DNA of 64,000 nt from an uncultured Pelagibacteraceae bacterium (GTDB lineage: Bacteria > Pseudomonadota > Alphaproteobacteria > Pelagibacterales > AG-422-B15). The stretch spans positions 17,123 to 81,122 of the forward strand of contig CACKXV010000001.1 in NCBI GenBank assembly GCA_902604225.1, given 5' to 3'. Of this stretch, positions 1 through 8,843 are shown in pieces (the first letter of the stretch is position 1; every line of letters starts with the position of its first letter). The position numbers were made by a program, and so were the translations under genes. Below the pieces are notes generated by a model. That model made no database searches. It was not told where the DNA came from and worked only from the letters and a program-made list of their open reading frames with translations.

Positions 1-305
1 TTTACACCAATATTCTCAAGATCATTTATAATACTTTCAGCCTCAGTGACGACTTTCAGAATGACGTTCTTGTCAGCTAGACCTTTTGCAGTTGTTAAAG
101 TATCTTCAACATGACTTTCAACACTGTCGTTAATTCCCACTGCTGCAGCAATGCCACCTTGTGCCCACATACTAGAGGTATTCATGCCTAAAGTACTTTT
201 TGTTATAATACATACTTTTCTTGGTGATAGGTTAAGTGCTACGGTTAGTCCAGCTACACCGCCACCAACAATAACCACATCTGGCCTATAAATAGAGTCA
301 GCCAT
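1..305 (-). CDS. nadB: L-aspartate oxidase, N-terminal ~101 codons (gene runs off left edge)
   Basis: Hand translation of the reverse strand from ATG (303-305) gives MADSIYRPDVVIVGGGVAGLTVAL...SSMWAQGGIAAAVG. It has the FAD-fold GGGxAG and AQGGIAA motifs. It lies 2 nt upstream of nadA. Confidence 0.85.
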   Translation of the reverse strand, partial: MADSIYRPDVVIVGGGVAGLTVALNLSPRKVCIITKSTLGMNTSSMWAQGGIAAAVGINDSVESHVEDTLTTAKGLADKNVILKVVTEAESIINDLENIGV

Positions 306-307
306 AA

Positions 308-1327
308 TTAGCTTCTTCCAATTTCTAACATTCGATCTATTGATAAGCGAGCTCGGTTAATAATATCTTCATCTACTTCTATTTGAAATTGATTAAAACG
401 AATTGCGTCGTATATTTTTTTTAGAGAGATTCTTTTCATATGTGGACATAGATTACACGGCCTTACAAACTCAACATCAGGATTTTCAATGGCTACATTA
501 TCACTCATAGAGCATTCAGTGACCATTATTACTTTTTGTGGTTGATTGTCCTTTACATAATTGCTCATGCCAGCTGTAGATCCTGCAAAATCACTAACTG
601 CCACTACTTCTGGGGAGCACTCAGGATGAGCGAGCACAACAATATCTTTATGTTGTTCTTTATAGGCCAATATTTCCTGTGCTGTGAATCTTTCATGCAC
701 TTCACATCGTCCTTTCCATGAAATAATTTTTACATTAGTTTGTGTTGCAACATTTTTCGCTAAAAACTCATCAGGTAAAAATATAACACTGTCTGTTCCA
801 AGTGCTTCTACTACTTTCTTTGCGTTACCAGATGTACAACAAACATCTGTTTCAGCTTTTACTTCAGCTGACGTATTGACATATGTAACAACTGGAACTC
901 CAGGGTATTTTTGTTTCAATAATCTAATATCTTCAGCAGTAATTGAATCTGCAAGTGAACATCCTGCCCTTGCATCCGGTATTAGAACATTTTTGTTAGG
1001 GCTTAAAATTTTTGCGGTTTCTGCCATAAAATGAACGCCGCAAACAATTATTGTTTCAGCCTTTGAGTCTCTCGCTTCATAAGCAAGCTTTAGCGAGTCT
1101 CCTACAATATCGGAAACACAATGAAATATTTCAGGTGTCTGATAGTTGTGTGTAAGAATAGCAATATTTTTTTCTTTTTTGAGTTTATTGATCTCATGAA
1201 TCAGTGGCGCATGAAATGGCCATTCCACAGCAGGGATTACTTTTTCAACTCCTTTATAGAGTTCAGCTGTAGCATTTTGAACTTCAGGAGTAAAATTTGA
1301 AGGATATTTTAATTCTTCGCTTAACAT
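308..1327 (-). CDS. nadA: quinolinate synthase
   Basis: 339-aa ORF with an ATG start. NadA-like blocks are present: [37 protein letters not shown]. It is adjacent to nadB. Confidence 0.93.
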   Translation of the reverse strand: MLSEELKYPSNFTPEVQNATAELYKGVEKVIPAVEWPFHAPLIHEINKLKKEKNIAILTHNYQTPEIFHCVSDIVGDSLKLAYEARDSKAETIIVCGVHFMAETAKILSPNKNVLIPDARAGCSLADSITAEDIRLLKQKYPGVPVVTYVNTSAEVKAETDVCCTSGNAKKVVEALGTDSVIFLPDEFLAKNVATQTNVKIISWKGRCEVHERFTAQEILAYKEQHKDIVVLAHPECSPEVVAVSDFAGSTAGMSNYVKDNQPQKVIMVTECSMSDNVAIENPDVEFVRPCNLCPHMKRISLKKIYDAIRFNQFQIEVDEDIINRARLSIDRMLEIGRS

Positions 1328-1416
1328 ATATTATTATATTATTATCTATTATTACAATTATAGTTAAATGTATATATTTCAACAACACAACTTATTCCTA
1401 AAAAATTGGGAAATTT

Positions 1417-1502
1417 GCCGTCGTGCTGGAATTGGTAGACAGGCTGGTTTGAGGGATCAGTGAACATAGTTCGTGAGAGTTCGAGTCTCTCCGACGGCAC
1501 CA
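1417..1502 (+). tRNA. tRNA-Leu (anticodon GAG), long variable arm, CCA encoded
   Basis: Cloverleaf read by hand. The acceptor is GCCGTCG/CGACGGC and the anticodon stem is CTGGT/ATCAG with loop TTGAGGG. It has a long extra arm and the T-loop GTTCGAGTC. Length is 86 nt. Confidence 0.9.
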
Positions 1503-1534
1503 AAATAAAGATATGATATAAATAAGCTTAAGTT

Positions 1535-2422
1535 ATGAATATTTTATTTATAGGACCTACAAGAATTGGAGATACTATCTTAGCATCATCAATTATAAAC
1601 TCCTTAATTGATCAAAATAAAAAATCTAAATTCACTGTTGTTACCAGTCCATTCTCTAAAGATCTTTATGAAAAAATGCCTAATCTTGAAAAAATTATTG
1701 TAATAAATAAAAAAAAATATGGTCTACATTGGTTAAATATTTGGCTGTCTAGTATATTTAAAAAATGGGATTTAGTTGTTGATTTAAGATCATCAATTAT
1801 AGCTTATTTATTGTTCACAAAATCTAGAAAAATTTTTAAGGGCAATGATAATTTTCATAAAATAATTCAATTCACAAATTTCCTAAAGACTTCAAAAAAA
1901 ATATCACCTTTAATTTGGTCTGATTCTACCGATGAAGCCGAAAGTAACAATAAAATAAAAAATGAGGGTCCTTTTATAGCAGTAGCGCCATATTCAAATT
2001 GGAGACAAAAAGATTGGTCGATCGAAAAATATATAGAATTATTTAAAAACGACTTTTTTAAAAATTATACTCTGATATTAACAGGCATATCAAAAGATAT
2101 TCCAAATATTGAAAAATTTAATAAATTAATGAATGATCCATCACTAAGTATTATCAATTTATTTGATTGGGGAAATTTGCGAAATATGATACCTATTTTC
2201 AAAAAATGTGATTTCTTTATAGGAAGTGACAGTGGACTTATGCATCTCGCTGCGTCAACAAAATGCAAAACATTCGCCCTTTTTGGCCCCACAAATGAAA
2301 TTGTTTATGGACCCTGGGGGAATCACAAAATTATCAAATCACATGACTATCCAGCAACCGATGATCCTCTTAATTTATCTGTTGAAAAAGTACTCAATAT
2401 AATTAAGAAGGAAATAAGATGA
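1535..2422 (+). CDS. glycosyltransferase family 9 (heptosyltransferase-like)
   Basis: 295 aa. The N-terminus is ILFIGPTRIGDT and the C-terminus has GSDSGLMHLAA...LFGPT, typical of GT9. ATG start. It overlaps pyrC by 4 nt. Confidence 0.75.
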   Translation: MNILFIGPTRIGDTILASSIINSLIDQNKKSKFTVVTSPFSKDLYEKMPNLEKIIVINKKKYGLHWLNIWLSSIFKKWDLVVDLRSSIIAYLLFTKSRKIFKGNDNFHKIIQFTNFLKTSKKISPLIWSDSTDEAESNNKIKNEGPFIAVAPYSNWRQKDWSIEKYIELFKNDFFKNYTLILTGISKDIPNIEKFNKLMNDPSLSIINLFDWGNLRNMIPIFKKCDFFIGSDSGLMHLAASTKCKTFALFGPTNEIVYGPWGNHKIIKSHDYPATDDPLNLSVEKVLNIIKKEIR

Positions 2423-3729
2423 TTGACCTTATTTTAGAGAATGGAAAAGTTGTATCGCACCATAAAGTTAGTAATACTGACATAGCAATAAAAAATGGAA
2501 AAATACTCAAGATCGGTAACTTGAGTAAAGAAAAGTCAAAAGAAAGATTTAACGCTTCAGGACTCCATATTTTACCAGGTGTTTTTGATACTCAAGTACA
2601 CTTTAGAGAGCCTGGAAATACAAAAAAAGAAGACTTAAAATCAGGTAGCTTCGCAGCTGTTGCTGGGGGCGTTACATCAGTATTTGATATGCCTAACAAT
2701 AAGCCAAGTATTACGACAAAGTCATTATTTACAAAAAAGCTAGCAATGGCAAATAATAGAATGGTTTGTAATTACGCCTTTTACTTTGGTGCGGAGAAAG
2801 ACAATATCGCTGAAATTAAAAAAGTTGAGAAACTCAGAGGATGTTGTGGTGTAAAAGTATTTGTAGGATCTTCCACGGGTACATTATTAGTATCAAACCA
2901 TAAAGATATTCAAAATATAATGAAAAATACTAAAAAAATGATTTCATTCCATTCTGAAGATGAAGATCTATTAAATATAAGAAAGAAATATATTAAAAAC
3001 CGCCAACCCAGGTCACATCAAGTATGGAGAAATGTTGAGACTGCAATGAAATCGACAAAAAATCTTATTAAATCTGCAAATATAACAAAAAAGAAAATTC
3101 ATATTTTACATATTACAACTGCTGATGAGGTAAAATTACTTCTTAGAAATAGAAAATATGTAACTTTCGAGGTGACCCCTCAGCATTTAGTATTGTCATC
3201 ACCTGATTGTTACAAAAAAATTGGTACATACGCGCAGATGAATCCACCAATTAGAGGAAATAAGCATAGGGCATATCTTAGAAAGACTCTCAAAGAAGGC
3301 AAAATTGATGTGATTGGTTCTGATCATGCTCCTCATTTAAAATCTGAAAAGAATAAATCTTATCCTAATAGTCCCTCAGGAATGCCGGGTGTACAAACAC
3401 TCTTACCTATTTTATTAAATGAAGTTTCAAAAAAAACGATTTCTATTATGGATGTTGTAAAAATGACTAGTTTTAATCCAAGAAAAATCTTCAAAATCAA
3501 GAATAAAGGTTTAATTAAAGTTGGATTTGATGCAGATATTACCATCGTTGATTTAAATAAAGAGAGGAAAGTACTTAATAAAGACATGAAAAGTAAATGC
3601 GGTTGGTCACCTTTTCACGGAAAAAAATTAATCGGTTGGCCTATAGGTACAATTGTAAATGGGGAAAAAGTTTTTTGGAATAATAAAATTATAAAAAATG
3701 TTTATGGCAAGCCAATAGAGTTTAATTAA
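2419..3729 (+). CDS. pyrC: dihydroorotase-family cyclic amidohydrolase
   Basis: 436 aa. Motifs present are DTQVHFREPG, VKVFVGSSTG, HSED, HILHITT, NPPIR and GSDHAPH. An AAGGAAA Shine-Dalgarno sequence precedes the ATG. The first His of the HxH motif is Gln (see findings). Confidence 0.8.
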   Translation: MIDLILENGKVVSHHKVSNTDIAIKNGKILKIGNLSKEKSKERFNASGLHILPGVFDTQVHFREPGNTKKEDLKSGSFAAVAGGVTSVFDMPNNKPSITTKSLFTKKLAMANNRMVCNYAFYFGAEKDNIAEIKKVEKLRGCCGVKVFVGSSTGTLLVSNHKDIQNIMKNTKKMISFHSEDEDLLNIRKKYIKNRQPRSHQVWRNVETAMKSTKNLIKSANITKKKIHILHITTADEVKLLLRNRKYVTFEVTPQHLVLSSPDCYKKIGTYAQMNPPIRGNKHRAYLRKTLKEGKIDVIGSDHAPHLKSEKNKSYPNSPSGMPGVQTLLPILLNEVSKKTISIMDVVKMTSFNPRKIFKIKNKGLIKVGFDADITIVDLNKERKVLNKDMKSKCGWSPFHGKKLIGWPIGTIVNGEKVFWNNKIIKNVYGKPIEFN

Positions 3730-4502
3730 CTTTTAGCTATAAACGACGAATTTTCAAAACCAGTTTTACCATACTTCATAATTTTTTTATCGAGTGTCTT
3801 TATGCGACCTCCAGCATATCTTAAGATTGCATCACCAGCAGCAATGTCCCATTCCATAGTCCTGCCATGTCTTGGATAAATATTTGCAGTTCCATCAGCA
3901 ATATAGCATAGTTTGATTGAACTACCTGTTCTTATGATCTTATTCGCATTAAATTTTTTAAATACTGCCTTCTTGGCTTCAAGCATTTTTTCTTTTGATA
4001 AGCCATGAGAGCGACTAAACACCAAAATATTTTTCTTTCTTTTTTTTACATTAATAACTTTTATATTTTTCAGTTTTCCCTTTTGATCAAACTTAGCAAA
4101 ATATGATTTTTTATTCTTAGTAAAATAAAATTTATTCTTAGCAGGCATGTAGATTAAACCATAAATAGGTATTTTGTTAATAATCAGGGCAATATTTACT
4201 GTAAATTCGCCATTACCCTTTAGAAATTCTTTGGTTCCGTCTAGTGGGTCAACAAGCCAAAACATTTTTTTATTTCTAATGTGACTATTATCTAATTCTT
4301 CTGAAACGATGGGAACTCTTGGAAAATATTTTTTTAATCCCTTGCATATTATATTGTTTGCTTTTAGATCAGCATTAGTCACAGGGCTATTATCTGATTT
4401 AAGCTTTTTGGTAACTTTTTTATTGTAAATTCTAACAATTTCCTGACCTGCATTAAATGCCAGAGTAATTAATATTTGGGATTTATTATCGTCTATTATC
4501 AT
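3726..4502 (-). CDS. cysQ: 3'(2'),5'-bisphosphate nucleotidase (inositol monophosphatase superfamily)
   Basis: Motifs VSEE and WLVDPLDGTKEF are present. The track ORF extends to a TTG at 4538. The first ATG (4502, MIIDDNKSQ...) fits the family N-terminus better, so the start is uncertain. Confidence 0.78.
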   Translation of the reverse strand: MIIDDNKSQILITLAFNAGQEIVRIYNKKVTKKLKSDNSPVTNADLKANNIICKGLKKYFPRVPIVSEELDNSHIRNKKMFWLVDPLDGTKEFLKGNGEFTVNIALIINKIPIYGLIYMPAKNKFYFTKNKKSYFAKFDQKGKLKNIKVINVKKRKKNILVFSRSHGLSKEKMLEAKKAVFKKFNANKIIRTGSSIKLCYIADGTANIYPRHGRTMEWDIAAGDAILRYAGGRIKTLDKKIMKYGKTGFENSSFIAKS

Positions 4503-4574
4503 TTTTTTATAGTTTTTGTAGATTAGACAATATGACAAATATATTATACATACCAGTTGAATCTAATAACTATT

Positions 4575-5669
4575 ATGCAAAGTACAACATCTGAAATAAG
4601 AAATAGAAAGCCTACAGTGGTAGCCATGTCTGGAGGCGTGGACTCTTCCGTTGCAGCAGCCTTAATGAAGAAAGAGAACGATAATGTTATTGGAGTCACA
4701 TTAAGATTATATGATGAAAAGAAAATCTCAAAATCAAAATCCTGTTGTTCTGGCGTTGATATTATTGATGCTAAGAAGATTGCCAATGATATAACTATCC
4801 CGCACTACGTTTTAGATTATGAGGAAATATTCAAAAAAAATGTAATACTGCCTTTTATTAACGACTACGAAAAAGGACGTACACCTATACCGTGTATTAA
4901 TTGTAATGAAAAAGTAAAATTCCTAGATCTTATTGAATTTGCAAAAAGTCTAAATGCAAAGAGTTTAGTAACTGGTCACTATATAAAAAAAATTAAGGTA
5001 AACGATGAGTGGAGATTATATATTCCAGAGGACATTGACCGTGATCAATCTTATTTTTTATTCACAACAAAAAAAAAGGATCTTGATTTTTTAGATTTTC
5101 CACTTGGTTATCATAAGAAAGATGAAATAAGAAATATAGCAAAGAATTTAGATTTTCATTTATATGACAAAGAAGATAGCCAGGACATTTGTTTTGTGCC
5201 AGATGGAAATTATAAAGATTTTATTAAAGGCAGTGTTAAGAATTCTAAAGGAGATATTCTAAATACTGAGGGAAAAGTACTCAATTCACATGAAGGTATT
5301 CATAATTTTACAGTTGGGCAAAGAAGAGGTTTAGGAGTTTCGGAGAAAAATCCTCTGTATGTTAAAGAAATAATTGCAGAAAAAAATCGAGTTATAGTTG
5401 CCCAAAAAGAGGAAGTAAAATCTTCAACTATAACTGTTGATAGATTGAATCTTCTTTCGGACATATCTGATCACAATATATTAGTAAGAGTAAGGTCTAG
5501 TGGAAGTTTATTAAAATCAAAAATAGAAATTCAATCAGATAATAGAGCCATAGTTAATTTATCAAAACCGGAAAATGCTATTTCTCCTGGTCAAGCATGT
5601 GTATTTTATACTAAAGACAAATATGGAACACGTCTCTTAGGTGGTGGATGGATCCAGTCGACAAACTAA
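4575..5669 (+). CDS. mnmA: tRNA 2-thiouridine(34) synthase
   Basis: PP-loop VVAMSGGVDSSVAA is present, and the rest of the protein is MnmA-like. The track start at 4557 is TTG; the first ATG is at 4575. Confidence 0.92.
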   Translation: MQSTTSEIRNRKPTVVAMSGGVDSSVAAALMKKENDNVIGVTLRLYDEKKISKSKSCCSGVDIIDAKKIANDITIPHYVLDYEEIFKKNVILPFINDYEKGRTPIPCINCNEKVKFLDLIEFAKSLNAKSLVTGHYIKKIKVNDEWRLYIPEDIDRDQSYFLFTTKKKDLDFLDFPLGYHKKDEIRNIAKNLDFHLYDKEDSQDICFVPDGNYKDFIKGSVKNSKGDILNTEGKVLNSHEGIHNFTVGQRRGLGVSEKNPLYVKEIIAEKNRVIVAQKEEVKSSTITVDRLNLLSDISDHNILVRVRSSGSLLKSKIEIQSDNRAIVNLSKPENAISPGQACVFYTKDKYGTRLLGGGWIQSTN

Positions 5670-5695
5670 TTAATTTGTATATTATGTCATCCTTC

Positions 5696-5772
5696 GGCGG
5701 GGTAGCTCAGTTGGTTAGAGCGGAGGAATCATAATCCTTAGGTCGGGGGTTCAAATCCCTCTCCCGCTACCA
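5696..5772 (+). tRNA. tRNA with CAT anticodon (elongator Met; lysidine tRNA-Ile2 not excluded)
   Basis: 77 nt. It reads GGCGGGG TA GCTCAGTTGGTTAGAGC, with anticodon loop ATCATAA, T-loop TTCAAAT and an encoded CCA. There are no initiator features (no C1:A72, no GGG/CCC anticodon stem). Confidence 0.85.
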
Positions 5773-5775
5773 GAT

Positions 5776-6468
5776 TTAATTTTTCTTTATTACTGATATT
5801 GCATGCCTATTCCAAGAGTAAGAAATAGTATTTTCATAAAGGAGTTTCACATTTTTTTCGACTAACCCACTTATAGTCTCAGGGTTAAGGGGGTAACTAT
5901 TGTAACCCAGTACAAGTTTGCCTCCGTGTTTTAAATATTGATCAGATTGTTTAATTAATTCAACAAGATAATCCTCTATATTTCTATAATAAGGTAGATT
6001 CCAAAAAATTAAATCAAAATCAGAATATTTTATATTTTGAAACAGGTTTGATTCAAAAACTTCCAATAATACATTGTTCAAATTTAAATTTAATTTTGTG
6101 CTTACAACTTTATCACGTTCTAGGTCTGTAGCGAAAATATCAATATCGAATTTTTTTTTTAAATAGATAGATAAAATACCATAATAACCAGTGCCAATTT
6201 CTAAAACTTTAAATTTTTTATTATTTTTCTTAATTATGTTCTTTAAATATTTTTTGAGCAATATTGTTGTAATATCATATTTGTGTGGTTTATGTGGGCT
6301 ATTTCTTTTATGAAGACTATCATCTATTTTTACTCCAAAAATTATTCTTATTATCAATGAACTAGTAAAAATAAAAGTATGCAATTTAACAAGTAAAGCT
6401 TTATTACCTTTTTTGCTGTGATGATTTTTATCGTATGACTCGTATATCTTTTTGATTAAGAATTTCAT
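5776..6468 (-). CDS. class I SAM-dependent methyltransferase, HemK/RsmC-like small-domain type, specificity unknown
   Basis: 230 aa. Motif I is VLEIGTGYYG and a motif IV-like IFWNLPYY (NPPY-like) lies about 70 aa downstream. The N-terminus has a hydrophobic segment. The gene is very AT-rich. Confidence 0.6.
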   Translation of the reverse strand: MKFLIKKIYESYDKNHHSKKGNKALLVKLHTFIFTSSLIIRIIFGVKIDDSLHKRNSPHKPHKYDITTILLKKYLKNIIKKNNKKFKVLEIGTGYYGILSIYLKKKFDIDIFATDLERDKVVSTKLNLNLNNVLLEVFESNLFQNIKYSDFDLIFWNLPYYRNIEDYLVELIKQSDQYLKHGGKLVLGYNSYPLNPETISGLVEKNVKLLYENTISYSWNRHAISVIKKN

Positions 6469-6563
6469 TTTTTCATGCTACAAGAAAAAAGAGTTGTATC
6501 AATCATAATTCTTAAATTGTGGGTAAAAATTCTTTTCAGACTTTAGTTTAAATTAACTAAAAA

Positions 6564-7673
6564 TTATAACCTTAAATACTCTAACACCTTTGAATTCCAT
6601 GAGTACTTATCTCGTGCCCTAATTCTTCCATTCTTTCCCAATTTAAGTCTTAAATCTTTATTGCTTAATAATTTCTCAATATTATGAGTTATACTCTCTT
6701 GATTTCCTTCATCACATAACAATCCTGTTTCCATATGGATAATTGCGTCTGATATACCTCCGCTTTTAGTTCCTATACTAGCAATTCCATGAAAAGCCGC
6801 ATCGATAAATACCATCCCAAAACCCTCAACAGATTCTCCAACTTTTATTGGGGTCATTATAAATATATCTGAATTTTGTAAAACTAAAGACTTTTCTGGT
6901 TCAGTTATCCATCCAAGAAACATAACATTCTTTTCAAGATTTAGTTTTCTTACATATTTTTTAACTTCCTCTAAATAAGGCCCTTTACCTGCAATAAGAT
7001 AGAGCATTTTAGGAAACTTAAATTTTAATTTAGATACTGCCTTTATTACAAATTTATGGCCCTTTCTTTTTTCAACTCTTGCAAGAGTTGTAATAATTGG
7101 ATACGCATTATTGATGATATTCTTAACATTTTCCCTATCTTCCTTATTGATAAAATCTTCATAAACATCAATTCCTGGGTGAATAATTTTTATTTTATCG
7201 AAACTTATATTTAATGACGCAATCATAAGATCCCTGGTATATGCAGAATTAGCAACGATTCTGTTACAATTTAAATAAGATTTGATTATTCTCATTTTTT
7301 TAATATTTAAATAAGTGTAAAATTTATCAAAGTACTTTTTTGGTATTTCGGTACCATGGGCAAGTACAATAATTTTTATATTTAGTTGATTTAAATATTC
7401 AACACTTTTCCATGAGTCTGCATAGATAGTTTCTACATTGTTATTTGCTATAAATTCTTTTAAATAATTTGCTTTGCGTCTTCTTCTAAGTGGCTTCCAG
7501 CCTGAGAACCTCTTTATTTTATATTGTTTATTTTTATCACTTAGAGTTTTTTGTCCATCAGCTAAAACTAATACATCTTTCCCAGTTTTAGACATTGCAT
7601 CCGCCATACCAGTCATCAAAGATTCAATGCCCCCAATCTTAGGAGCAAAACATTGTGTCGTGATTACTATCAC
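6564..7673 (-). CDS. glycosyltransferase family 4 (GT-B, GT1-type C-terminal domain)
   Basis: 369 aa. The N-terminus has PKIGGIES and the C-terminus has EGFGMVFIDAAFHGIASIGTKSGGISD, typical of GT4. The start codon is GTG. Confidence 0.8.
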   Translation of the reverse strand: MIVITTQCFAPKIGGIESLMTGMADAMSKTGKDVLVLADGQKTLSDKNKQYKIKRFSGWKPLRRRRKANYLKEFIANNNVETIYADSWKSVEYLNQLNIKIIVLAHGTEIPKKYFDKFYTYLNIKKMRIIKSYLNCNRIVANSAYTRDLMIASLNISFDKIKIIHPGIDVYEDFINKEDRENVKNIINNAYPIITTLARVEKRKGHKFVIKAVSKLKFKFPKMLYLIAGKGPYLEEVKKYVRKLNLEKNVMFLGWITEPEKSLVLQNSDIFIMTPIKVGESVEGFGMVFIDAAFHGIASIGTKSGGISDAIIHMETGLLCDEGNQESITHNIEKLLSNKDLRLKLGKNGRIRARDKYSWNSKVLEYLRL

Positions 7674-7683
7674 AGATAAAAGA

Positions 7684-8244
7684 CTAATTTTTCCATTTTA
7701 TAGAGCAGCCGATGCTTGGTATTTGATCTTTTGGACCTATTCCTGTTTCAGCTATCTGCAACATTGCCTCAAGAAGTTCTTTTTTTGCATCAGGTATTAA
7801 TTGTTGTTGCGAAGCTTCAAGCCTACCTCGATACTGTAATTCATTTTTAGCATTAAAACCAAAAAAGTCAGGGGTGCAAACTGCATCGTACGTTCTACCA
7901 GTATTTTGTGTTTCATCATAAACGTATGGAAAAGTGAATTTGTTATTTTGAGCAAAAAGTTTCATATTTTCAAAAGAATCTTCTGCTCCATATTTAGGAT
8001 CATTGACGTCATTAGACATAATAGCGATAATACCAATACCCTTATCTTTTATTAAATTGCAATCTTCAACTATTCTTCCAATTACTGATTTCACGTAAGG
8101 ACAGTGATTACAAATGAACATAACTAAGGTACCGTTGGTTCCTTTAATATCAACAAATTTGTAACTTTTTCCATCTGTGCCAAGTAAATTAAAGTCAGGT
8201 GCGTTCCAACCAAAATCACAAATAGGAGTTTCTAATGCAACCAT
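7684..8244 (-). CDS. thioredoxin-fold protein (AhpC/TSA-like) with CxxC
   Basis: 186 aa with the motif FICNHCPYV in a redoxin-like context. ATG start. It lies 10 nt upstream of the GT4 gene on the same strand. Confidence 0.7.
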   Translation of the reverse strand: MVALETPICDFGWNAPDFNLLGTDGKSYKFVDIKGTNGTLVMFICNHCPYVKSVIGRIVEDCNLIKDKGIGIIAIMSNDVNDPKYGAEDSFENMKLFAQNNKFTFPYVYDETQNTGRTYDAVCTPDFFGFNAKNELQYRGRLEASQQQLIPDAKKELLEAMLQIAETGIGPKDQIPSIGCSIKWKN

Positions 8245-8312
8245 AATTCTCTTCAGTTTTTGTTTATAAAAGATACTATATAATTAAATAATATTTTATT
8301 AAATAAAAACCT

Positions 8313-8843
8313 ATGATTTACTCGCTTGGTGATAAAAAATTAAATAAAGACAATTTAGATTTTTGGGTTGCGCCTAATGCAGCGGTAATTGGGGATGTTA
8401 CCCTTAAAAAAAATGCGAGCGTATGGTTTGGTGCAATATTAAGAGGTGACAACGATCCAATTATTTTGGGAGAAAATTCTAATATTCAAGATAATTCTGT
8501 TTGCCACACAGACGATGGAATGCCTCTTGCAATTGGTGACAATGTTACTGTTGGCCATAAAGTCATTTTACATAGTTGTACTGTTGGGAATAATTCACTT
8601 ATAGGAATGGGATCTACTGTTTTGAATAAAGCTAAAATTGGAAATAATTGTCTTTTGGGAGCGAATTCACTTGTAACTGAGGGAAAAGAGTTTCCAGATA
8701 ATTCACTTATTGTTGGTTCGCCTGCAAAGGTAAAACGAGAGTTGACAGATATGGAAAAAAAGATAATTGAATTAAGTGCTTTGCACTATGTCGAAAATAT
8801 GAAAAAGTTTAGAGATAATTTGAGGGAAAACAAAGTTGAATGA
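8313..8843 (+). CDS. gamma-carbonic-anhydrase-like hexapeptide-repeat protein (YrdA/PaaY/CaiE family)
   Basis: 176 aa. It has left-handed beta-helix hexapeptide repeats (IGDVTL, IGDNVTVGH, IGMGSTV, IGNNCLLGANS). It overlaps the next gene by 4 nt (ATGA). Confidence 0.8.
   Translation: MIYSLGDKKLNKDNLDFWVAPNAAVIGDVTLKKNASVWFGAILRGDNDPIILGENSNIQDNSVCHTDDGMPLAIGDNVTVGHKVILHSCTVGNNSLIGMGSTVLNKAKIGNNCLLGANSLVTEGKEFPDNSLIVGSPAKVKRELTDMEKKIIELSALHYVENMKKFRDNLRENKVE

Noticed and set aside
1328-1416. NAD-class riboswitch (nadA motif) or another structured leader upstream of nadA.
   Set aside because: The 89-nt spacer is ATTATT-type low-complexity sequence with no G+C-supported helices. The nadA motif is, as I recall, restricted to other phyla.
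5696-5772. Initiator tRNA-fMet.
   Set aside because: Positions 1:72 can pair (G:U). The anticodon stem is GAGGA/TCCTT and lacks the three consecutive G:C pairs. It is an elongator Met or lysidine-Ile2 type instead.
6151-6160. T10 (A10 on the coding strand) homopolymer in the methyltransferase gene as a phase-variation switch.
   Set aside because: Equally long A/T runs occur in core housekeeping genes here, for example A10 at 42956-42965 in the Nudix gene. They encode Lys/Phe runs expected from the extreme A/T bias.
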